Below are positions 56,201 through 62,457 of a DNA stretch of 62,457 nucleotides, one piece after another (within the stretch, counting starts at the first letter, position 1; each line of letters starts with the position of its first letter). The notes beneath the pieces were generated by a model, which worked only from the letters and a program-made list of their open reading frames with translations, did not search any database and was not told the origin of the DNA. This DNA is from an uncultured Bacilli bacterium (GTDB lineage: Bacteria; Bacillota_I; Bacilli_A; RF39; UBA660), in the NCBI GenBank assembly GCA_947632455.1, contig CANRPK010000005.1, positions 1 through 62,457 of the forward strand. Direction: 5' to 3'. The position numbers and the translations under genes are program-made.

Positions 56201-57082
56201 TTAATTGTTTACTTCGATATCGCCACAATCATTTTCTATTTTTAGGGTAATATCTGATTTATTATAATTATTATTTATTTTGATTTTTCCTAAATCGGTT
56301 TTGGCATCTATAAACAATTCATTTGTATTACCTATTTGGATATCGCCATAATCATCTTTAATGTAAGAATTTTTCTTTAGATTAATATTATTAAGTTTTA
56401 TATCGCCACAATCATTTTCAAGATAGAGATAATTATCAACTTTTTTAATTATTATATCTCCATAATTATTTTTTATAGTTGCATCATTAATACTTGAAAT
56501 TACCACATCTCCACAATCTTCATTTATGGTTAATACATTAGATTTTCCGATTTCTATATTACCATAATTATTATCTACTTTAACAATATTACTACCAAGT
56601 ATTTTAACATCTCCACAGTCTTCTTTGATATCAATATTTGCATTTAAAAATTCCTCAATAGAAATATTACCATAATCATTTTTTATATCAATTTTGCCAT
56701 TATATTCTTTAGGTAAATATATTTCTATTTTCGCTGATTTTTGATTAAAACAAAATCCTATACAATTTTTTTCTTTTATTTTAATATTTAAGGTGTCAAG
56801 ATTAGTTTCAATATCTGTATAATCTTTTTCGCCATAAATTATAGTTTTAATATTTTCGGTATCAGATTGTTTGATAAATATTTCACTGGTTGTAGCATCT
56901 ATTATAATATTATTAAATTTTTCTTCATAAGTTTTATCTAATATAAGTTCATTACTACTTTGTAATCTAAAGTTTTTGAATTTAAATCCACTTTGTAAAA
57001 GGTCAATAAAAAATATTGAAAGAGCTACCATAATAATAGATAATAAAATAATTAAAGTTATAATCCACTTTTTATTTTTCAT
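56201..57082 (-). CDS. membrane-anchored DUF4097-type beta-solenoid repeat protein
   Basis: Repeated DCGD[IV].. / NYG[ND]I.. strands over ~200 aa, with an N-terminal TM anchor. Confidence 0.8.
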   Translation of the reverse strand: MKNKKWIITLIILLSIIMVALSIFFIDLLQSGFKFKNFRLQSSNELILDKTYEEKFNNIIIDATTSEIFIKQSDTENIKTIIYGEKDYTDIETNLDTLNIKIKEKNCIGFCFNQKSAKIEIYLPKEYNGKIDIKNDYGNISIEEFLNANIDIKEDCGDVKILGSNIVKVDNNYGNIEIGKSNVLTINEDCGDVVISSINDATIKNNYGDIIIKKVDNYLYLENDCGDIKLNNINLKKNSYIKDDYGDIQIGNTNELFIDAKTDLGKIKINNNYNKSDITLKIENDCGDIEVNN

Positions 57083-57716
57083 CTTTATAACTCCTTAACA
57101 TAAATATTAATTTTAATATTTCTTCAAATAAGCCAAATATTACCCATATTATCCAGGTTAAATGCCAGGCCATAGTTTTAAAACTTATAATTAAGTATAT
57201 AATTGTAACTATAATTGCTACAACATTTGAAATTTGATTTCTTAATTTATCAGCTTCAGTTTCTTTAGATGTTTTTATTTTTTTATATCTAATACATACA
57301 TAGATTATTAGACTTGTTGAAAGACCACAAATAAGTAAAAATAAAGCAGATGCCACGATGGGGTTCATATTCATAACGGGAATTGAAATCATTAGCCAAA
57401 CAACTCCTAAAAAATATAATACAACACTAATAGCTATTCCTTTGGCTTTTTTACTTGTCTTTAGTCTTTCTTCTAAATCAATAGCAAATTCATTATCTTT
57501 GGAAGTCTCTTTTCTTTTTAATTCAATAAAAAGTTCATCAGGAGTTATAGCATATAATTCACATAATGGTACAACTTTATCAAAATCAGGTAAACTTTGA
57601 TCTGTTTCCCATTTGGAAATTGTTTGTCTTGTAACATTTAATTTTTCGGCTACTTCTTCTTGTGATAATTTTTTATCTTTTCTTAGTTTATATAATCTTT
57701 CACCTAAATTAGGCAT
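57072..57716 (-). CDS. membrane-tethered XRE-HTH regulator (HTH + 4 TM helices)
   Basis: KKLSQEEVAEKLNVTRQTISKWETDQ. Start moved to the ATG at 57716 (AGGTGA RBS). Overlaps the DUF4097 gene by 11 nt. Confidence 0.8.
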   Translation of the reverse strand: MPNLGERLYKLRKDKKLSQEEVAEKLNVTRQTISKWETDQSLPDFDKVVPLCELYAITPDELFIELKRKETSKDNEFAIDLEERLKTSKKAKGIAISVVLYFLGVVWLMISIPVMNMNPIVASALFLLICGLSTSLIIYVCIRYKKIKTSKETEADKLRNQISNVVAIIVTIIYLIISFKTMAWHLTWIIWVIFGLFEEILKLIFMLRSYKDEK

Positions 57717-57830
57717 TTTTCTCACCTCATGCCAAAATTATACATTTTATTTTAGTTGCAATCTACCAATTTCTATTGGAAATTTGTCAACTAGGATTAA
57801 CATTTTAATAATTACTCATATTAATTTAAA

Positions 57831-58460
57831 TTATTTATTATACCTATTATCATAAAAGGCAATTATTAGGGAACCTAGACTATTTCCTAATATCATAACT
57901 AATAAATAATAAATAACTTTAAAAGAAAATACACCAGCTATACTAAAATAAAACATATTAGCAACACAGTGTTCAAATCCACATAAAATAAAAGCCATAA
58001 TTCCCATGAAAATAGTAATATACTTACCTATTACATCTTTTTCTTTTTTATAATTATTAACAGCAATATACATAATCATTCCACAAAAAATAGCTAGTAT
58101 AAATATACTTAAAATGTTATCATTTAATTTAATATTGACAATATTTTTAGCTGTCTCAATATAATTATTAAATCTTGTTAATCTCATTAAATTACCAACT
58201 ATAAATGTTCCAAGAAAGTTACCTATTAAGGATATTAGTAACTCTAATAAATAATTAATTTTATTTACTAATAAATAACCTACTTTACCGGTATATAAAT
58301 TAAAAGAATACATACAAACTGTAAGTAATCCAAAAGAAAATATGAAAGATCCCACTATTTTATTTTCAATGGCTAAATAAGCAATACCGCCTATACTAAT
58401 TAATATTCCAGCATATATTCCTTTAATTAAAAAATCTATATATTTCTTCATTTTTATCAT
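57831..58460 (-). CDS. short formate/nitrite transporter (FNT)-like family membrane protein
   Basis: 209 aa, 6 TM helices. The GGIAYLA...FSFGLLTVCMYSFNLYTGKVGY pattern resembles short FNT-family proteins. Confidence 0.55.
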   Translation of the reverse strand: MIKMKKYIDFLIKGIYAGILISIGGIAYLAIENKIVGSFIFSFGLLTVCMYSFNLYTGKVGYLLVNKINYLLELLISLIGNFLGTFIVGNLMRLTRFNNYIETAKNIVNIKLNDNILSIFILAIFCGMIMYIAVNNYKKEKDVIGKYITIFMGIMAFILCGFEHCVANMFYFSIAGVFSFKVIYYLLVMILGNSLGSLIIAFYDNRYNK

Positions 58461-58485
58461 CTACCTTCTTTATTTATGATTATAA

Positions 58486-58518
58486 CACAAAAAAGCAAAC
58501 TTAAATATATCGTTTGCT
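58486..58518 (-). terminator. terminator after the XRE-DUF4825 gene (sequence-related to 56164..56195)
   Basis: Stem agcaaac/gtttgct around an ATATAT-containing loop, with T6 on the minus strand. Confidence 0.55.
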
Positions 58519-58546
58519 CATATAAGTTGATTTGTAATAAAACTAT

Positions 58547-59698
58547 TTAATTAACAAATATTTTTTTAAATATATTTTCCACAAAATCATTATCGTTCAT
58601 TTTATTTTCTAAATACTTATTAAAATTATTTTGATTGATTCCATTATCAATTATATCTTTAAAATTAGGATACAATTCTGTAATTTGTTTTCTACTTACT
58701 ATATATGTATTACCACTAAAATTAAAAGTAATTTGTTCTACATTATCTATTAAAGTAAATATTGATACAGAGTTATATAATAATGATTTTTCTAAATAAT
58801 GATTCTCATTAACATACCAATCTGTAATATGATAATCGATTGTTAATCCAAGATTTACAGAATCAATCTTAAAAACATATCCATATTCGGCAAGTGGTAA
58901 ATTGTCAATTAAATGGCTATCATTACTATTGTTACCGACATATTGATTTTTATATTGGATTAGGTTTTCAATTCCGGATTTACTTCTATTAAATGGAGTG
59001 ATTGGTATATTATCTTCTGTGTACTTTTTTTGGGTATCAATTATATAATACTCATTTTTAGTATTTCGATTTATTCTATATACATTATAAAATGGTGCTT
59101 TATAGATAATCATAGTATCCCCAGTTTCTTTTAAATAAGAAAATCTTGGCGCAACTTTATTTAATACTACATTAGAATAATCAAGTATAAGTAGTAATAT
59201 AAAACTTAGCATAAAATAGCCTATACCTAAAAATATTTTTTTTATAATAGTTTTGCCACTTTTTATATTAACAAATCCAAAAGTAGATATAACTAAACCC
59301 ATTATAGAGTGGATAGCTCCCCAACTACTATCAGTAGGATAAATAGTAAAAGAAATAAAAATTAAACCTAAACCAAAGAACATAATCATTTCATAGATTA
59401 GTTTATTTTTTCTAGATACTTTTTTATCTGTATAATCTATTGTATCAATAATATTTTGTTCCAACTTTTTTTGATAATGTTCTTTATCAACCTTTTCTCC
59501 ACTAAGTAGATCATTAACAGTTATTTTTAAAATTTTACATAACTCCATCATAATAGAGGCATCAGGTAATCCTTTACCACATTCCCATTTAGATACGGCT
59601 TTATAAGTTATTCCTAATTTTTCGGCGAGTTGTTCTTGAGTTAAATTTTGTTCTTTTCTACAGTTTGCAATAAATTTTCCAATTTTTTCTTGATTCAT
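58547..59698 (-). CDS. membrane-tethered XRE-HTH protein with a DUF4825-like extracytoplasmic domain
   Basis: MNQEKIGKFIANCRKEQNLTQEQLAEKLGITYKAVSKWECG, 3-4 TM helices, and YKNQYVGNNSNDSHLIDNLPL (DUF4825-like). Start moved to the ATG at 59698 (AAAGGAG RBS). Confidence 0.75.
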   Translation of the reverse strand: MNQEKIGKFIANCRKEQNLTQEQLAEKLGITYKAVSKWECGKGLPDASIMMELCKILKITVNDLLSGEKVDKEHYQKKLEQNIIDTIDYTDKKVSRKNKLIYEMIMFFGLGLIFISFTIYPTDSSWGAIHSIMGLVISTFGFVNIKSGKTIIKKIFLGIGYFMLSFILLLILDYSNVVLNKVAPRFSYLKETGDTMIIYKAPFYNVYRINRNTKNEYYIIDTQKKYTEDNIPITPFNRSKSGIENLIQYKNQYVGNNSNDSHLIDNLPLAEYGYVFKIDSVNLGLTIDYHITDWYVNENHYLEKSLLYNSVSIFTLIDNVEQITFNFSGNTYIVSRKQITELYPNFKDIIDNGINQNNFNKYLENKMNDNDFVENIFKKIFVN

Positions 59699-59800
59699 AC
59701 TTTGCTCCTTTCGAAAATAACTATACAATATTTACACGATTTTTAACACCTACAATTAGTAGAGTTGAGTATTTTTACGCTTAGAAATTTATAATTTGTT

Positions 59801-59932
59801 TTACTTTTTATTTGATAAATCTTTGCAAGTATCTAATACTATATTTCTTAATGTTTCTTGATTATCTATATCATCAACTAAATACATAGATTTAGCACTC
59901 TCATAATGACTTGCATGGAGTACTATTATTGT
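59801..59932 (-). pseudogene. possible C-terminal gene remnant (43 codons, no credible start)
   Basis: Open frame TIIVLHASHYESAKSMYLVDDIDNQETLRNIVLDTCKDLSNKK* with protein-like composition, bounded upstream by TAG. Confidence 0.2.
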
Positions 59933-59981
59933 CTAGTAAGCACTGAATTTCTACTCCCATACAAAATTTTTTTAACGATTC

Positions 59982-61061
59982 TTACTTTTCTTCATCGTTT
60001 TTTGTTGATATTTCAACATCTAATAGTTTTTGCGAATATTCCAAATATTTTTGTGCATCTGCAACAGAATATTGTTTGCCATTAATTATAATTTTAGGAG
60101 CTCGCACCACAACCTTATGGAGTTTATCTACGGCAGCTATCAAGCACTCTCCTATCTTTTTCTTATTTTCCTCGTTTACTTCGATTCCTAGTTCTTGCAA
60201 TTTTGCATATGTTTCTGCACTTTCTGATATAGTTTTAATTTCCCTTCCAATTAAATCAACTTTTCCAGATTCAGAATATTTATTATATACAATATCAATT
60301 ATTTTCTTTAATAAATAAATTGTTATCGATATTATTATTCCATTACCAAAAATATCAGCCAACATCGATCCTGATTCTATTTTATTTATTTTTAAAGTTT
60401 CCTTTGTTTCGGTAGTAAACATACCAATTATTGAATAAGCGTCATCAATATTACTTAATATTTCGTAAAATTCTTTAACATTATAGTTAATATCTAATAA
60501 CTGTATATTTAACGCTTGATTGTTCTCATCTAATTCACTAATTTCATAATTTGTAATAGATGAAATATAGCATGAAATACTTTTTATTAGGAAAGCAAAT
60601 TCTCTTATTATTTTTTCCGATTCTTCGAAAAAATTTACTTTATCAGAATTTTGATTTGAGCCCATTATTAAAGTCTCGTGTAATTTTGAAAAATCGTTTA
60701 ATTTAAAAATAAAATCTTTCACACTTTCATCAGTATAATTGTAATCCTTACATATTCTTTTATATTCTAATTCGATTTCGGATACTAATTTGTAAAATTC
60801 ATAGAATTTAAAAGTATTATTAAAATTTACAAAGCAATTTTGATAATTCTTCAACATTTCTCCGTTACTAAGTTCTTTCTTTGATATCTTGTATATATAA
60901 TTATTCGCATCATCTGTTTTATAGGAATCTAATATATTTTTTAATATATAATTTTTTTCTTTATGCGGAATATTATCTTCAAAAAAAGAAAAAGTTTCAG
61001 ATAATTTTTTTAATAAATTAAGTACATTTTTATAATATTCTACTGATTGAAATGCTAACAT
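59982..61061 (-). CDS. orphan 359-aa protein with one hydrophobic segment near residue 235
   Basis: Strong RBS (GGAGGTGG 4 nt before the ATG) and a long ORF. No recognisable motif; hydrophobic segment MLADIFGNGIIISITIYLLKKII. Confidence 0.7.
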   Translation of the reverse strand: MLAFQSVEYYKNVLNLLKKLSETFSFFEDNIPHKEKNYILKNILDSYKTDDANNYIYKISKKELSNGEMLKNYQNCFVNFNNTFKFYEFYKLVSEIELEYKRICKDYNYTDESVKDFIFKLNDFSKLHETLIMGSNQNSDKVNFFEESEKIIREFAFLIKSISCYISSITNYEISELDENNQALNIQLLDINYNVKEFYEILSNIDDAYSIIGMFTTETKETLKINKIESGSMLADIFGNGIIISITIYLLKKIIDIVYNKYSESGKVDLIGREIKTISESAETYAKLQELGIEVNEENKKKIGECLIAAVDKLHKVVVRAPKIIINGKQYSVADAQKYLEYSQKLLDVEISTKNDEEK

Positions 61062-61173
61062 ACTTCCACCTCCATTATTTAATTTCTGTTACTTGATTTA
61101 AGATGTCACTTAAACTACCATTAGTTTAGCATATTTCTAACGAATTTGCTATATACTATTAAAGACATAATCA

Positions 61174-61202
61174 TTGGCAAATATATAATATTTTGTTATA
61201 TT
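61174..61202 (+). promoter_or_regulatory. candidate promoter of a plus-strand small transcript
   Basis: TTGGCA (61174..61179), a 17-nt spacer ending in TGt, then TATATT (61197..61202). Confidence 0.35.
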
Positions 61203-61208
61203 AATTAT

Positions 61209-61287
61209 GCCAAAAGCAATTTAATTTGCTTGGGGTTCGTGGTATCGCGGATGGTAAGAACTGGTTTTTCCAGTTCTTATTTTTTTG
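61209..61287 (+). ncRNA. candidate ~80-nt sRNA (promoter + strong terminator, no credible ORF)
   Basis: 5' hairpin ccaaaagcaa/ttgcttgggg, a GC-richer middle, and the terminator hairpin at 61255..61287. Confidence 0.3.
61255..61287 (+). terminator. strong rho-independent terminator (plus orientation)
   Basis: 10-bp stem taagaactgg/ccagttctta with a TTTTT loop, followed by T7. Confidence 0.65.
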
Positions 61288-61289
61288 TT

Positions 61290-61397
61290 TTAAGGAAATG
61301 TTTTTATTCCTTTGTTTTTATAATTAGGATAACCGACAATATCTATATCTTTCTCAATAGATAAAAGTTTAGTAGGTTTATCATACCATTTTGGCAT
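61290..61397 (-). CDS. possible 35-aa small ORF (MPKWYDKPTKLLSIEKDIDIVGYPNYKNKGIKTFP)
   Basis: ATG at 61397 with GAGAGGA about 10 nt upstream. Convergent with the candidate sRNA. Too short to be confident. Confidence 0.2.
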   Translation of the reverse strand: MPKWYDKPTKLLSIEKDIDIVGYPNYKNKGIKTFP

Positions 61398-61532
61398 TTA
61401 AATCGCATCCTCTCTTTTGATCTTTAGTATTTTATATTTTACATTATATATATCTAAATAACAAGCATATAATTAGTGCTAAATATATTTTAAAATGTGT
61501 CTTAAATAATTTGACGTTTTAAAAAATATAAA

Positions 61533-61561
61533 ACAAACAAAAAATGGAGCCTTTCGGCTCC
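61533..61561 (-). terminator. GC-rich rho-independent terminator (minus orientation)
   Basis: Stem ggagcc/ggctcc (61546..61551 / 61556..61561) with loop tttc and T6 on the minus strand. Confidence 0.6.
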
Positions 61562-61639
61562 TTCAGGGGGCTGAATATATATACATATAAAATAAATTAT
61601 TGTCTATTATTTTCTTATATTTTAAGCATTTTAAAATTA
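61535..61639 (-). ncRNA. candidate ~100-nt sRNA divergent from the TnpV-like gene
   Basis: Lies between a near-consensus promoter (61646..61673) and the terminator (61533..61561). Contains only 4- and 7-codon ORFs. Confidence 0.35.
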
Positions 61640-61645
61640 AATCTA

Positions 61646-61673
61646 ATTATAAAAAATTAAATAATTTTATCAA
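61646..61673 (-). promoter_or_regulatory. near-consensus sigma-A promoter (minus strand)
   Basis: TTGATA (61668..61673), a 16-nt spacer, then TATAAT (61646..61651). Confidence 0.45.
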
Positions 61674-61684
61674 ATTTTACTATT

Positions 61685-61707
61685 TGGGTACCTAAATGGG
61701 TACCTAA
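61685..61707. promoter_or_regulatory. two tandem 11-bp direct repeats TGGGTACCTAA (12-bp period), candidate operator
   Basis: Copies at 61685..61695 and 61697..61707, each containing the palindrome GGTACC. Located between the divergent promoters, ~50 nt upstream of the TnpV-like start. Confidence 0.4.
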
Positions 61708-61757
61708 TAATAACAATACTACTTAATAATTCTTTATTAAAAGAAAGGATTAAATTT

Positions 61758-62123
61758 ATGGAATTAAATTATACTAAATATGGAGATTATTATTTACCTA
61801 ATCTTATACTATCTGAAAAAGAAAATAAGCCATTAAACAAATATGGTTTATTAAAACTTAATTATTTAAAACAATATAAAAAGTCTTTATATCAAGAACT
61901 ATTGATGAAAGAAAAACTTAATGAATATCTTTTTTCAGTCAGTAATAATGCTTTAGACAAATTTGAATTTTTAATGAAGCAACTAATTAACAATGACCCA
62001 ACCATTACAGAAGAATTAAAAGAAAAAGATCCATTACTTTGGACTCAAAAAATGAATAGTTTAAAAAGTATTGCTGATGAAATTATCCTAAAAGAAGATA
62101 TATATGGTGATAGTAATGATTGA
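61758..62123 (+). CDS. TnpV-like protein (Tn4451-family mobile-element accessory protein)
   Basis: YTKYGDYYLPNLILSE...KYGLLKLNYLKQYKKSLYQELLMKEKLNEYL...KDPLLWTQKMNSLKSIADEIILKEDIY follows the conserved TnpV pattern. Confidence 0.75.
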   Translation: MELNYTKYGDYYLPNLILSEKENKPLNKYGLLKLNYLKQYKKSLYQELLMKEKLNEYLFSVSNNALDKFEFLMKQLINNDPTITEELKEKDPLLWTQKMNSLKSIADEIILKEDIYGDSND

Positions 62124-62427
62124 TGATAAAGATATAACTGATGAAGAATTTGAAAGAAAATGGCTACCTTTTTTCAACAATTATAGTGAATATATACAGG
62201 AATTTATCGTTCCAGAAGCGGTAGCATTTTATCTAGCAAATGGATATATACGAAATTGCCTATCTTCTTGTCCTTTAACAAATCATATTAATTCAGCAAT
62301 AGATGTATTTAACATAGTTTGTAATACAAACAAACTGCTTCCTGAAATAAAGAAAATATTAAGAATAAAATATAACTTACAAATTGTAAAAAATAATCCA
62401 TTAAAAATCGAAAAATATAATAAATAA
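62116..62427 (+). CDS. hypothetical protein (mobile-element cargo)
   Basis: ATG at 62116 with GGTGA 5 nt upstream; it overlaps the TnpV stop, suggesting coupling. An alternative start is 62104. Confidence 0.55.
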   Translation: MIDDKDITDEEFERKWLPFFNNYSEYIQEFIVPEAVAFYLANGYIRNCLSSCPLTNHINSAIDVFNIVCNTNKLLPEIKKILRIKYNLQIVKNNPLKIEKYNK

Positions 62428-62455
62428 AAAATGAAGTTATCTAGCTTCATTTTTT
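62427..62455 (+). terminator. rho-independent terminator
   Basis: Stem aaaaaatgaag/cttcatttttt with an 8-nt loop, at the window edge. Confidence 0.55.
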
Positions 62456-62457
62456 AA

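Noticed and set aside
61228-61256. ggggttcgtggtatcgcggatgg considered as a tRNA 3'-end fragment marking an integrase att site
   Set aside because: It cannot form a T-arm (no 5-bp stem around a TTCGA-type loop), and no acceptor/CCA continuation follows.
61146-61364. 72-aa plus-strand ORF in the non-coding hub
   Set aside because: It has low-complexity hydrophobic translation and no RBS. It also runs straight through a strong terminator hairpin (61255..61287).

Overview
Very AT-rich (roughly one quarter G+C by eye), gene-dense chromosomal segment of a low-GC Bacillota-type bacterium. Supporting signs are GGAGG-type ribosome-binding sites (RBS), sortase substrates, LtaS and a Cys2 bile-salt hydrolase, so a gut-associated Erysipelotrichia/Clostridia-like host is an inference. 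About 60 protein genes, more than 85% on the minus strand.

Layout:
- 1-8.3 kb: origin-proximal housekeeping block (tRNA-Gly(UCC), BI-1, ychF, AbgT, DUF951, MscS, parB, parA).
- 8.48-8.73 kb: ~245-bp GC-enriched element bounded by inverted repeats (unclassified RNA or MITE).
- 11.2-16.0 kb: the only long plus-strand block (XRE regulator divergent from an adenylate-forming enzyme, then a hybrid histidine kinase, then Hpt-REC).
- 18.0-19.0 kb: complete IS30-family element in the trmB terminator, flanked by a 23-nt perfect direct repeat.
- 20.9-30.1 kb: envelope-polymer island (LtaS, PepSY, DHHW, MBOAT, DUF4358, YtrA-type GntR + ABC, membrane GDPD).
- 30.1-36.8 kb: ECF sigma/anti-sigma plus an OmpR/HK two-component system plus a MacB/Bce-like ABC transporter.
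- 37.5-40.9 kb: 1137-aa DUF11-repeat surface protein with an NPQTG sorting signal. It shares its N-terminal module and C-terminal tail with the repeat protein at 262..1242.
- 41.6-59.7 kb: run of XRE-HTH-led modules, four with membrane-tethered regulators. It includes a MATE::cytidylate-kinase-like fusion, a P-type ATPase, BSH, a NadR-like HTH/P-loop/CYTH protein and several orphan envelope proteins.
- 60-62.4 kb: orphan 359-aa gene, a 0.7-kb non-coding hub with two promoter+terminator-defined candidate sRNAs, and the start of a mobile element (TnpV-like gene).

No rRNA and no CRISPR array seen.

Best candidates for something undescribed: (a) the HTH/AAA_28/CYTH gene with its upstream orphan multi-TM partner; (b) the orphan gene plus sRNA hub at the TnpV junction; (c) the Hpt-containing phosphorelay coupled to an adenylating enzyme. 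All functional calls are motif recognition by eye; no database search was run.
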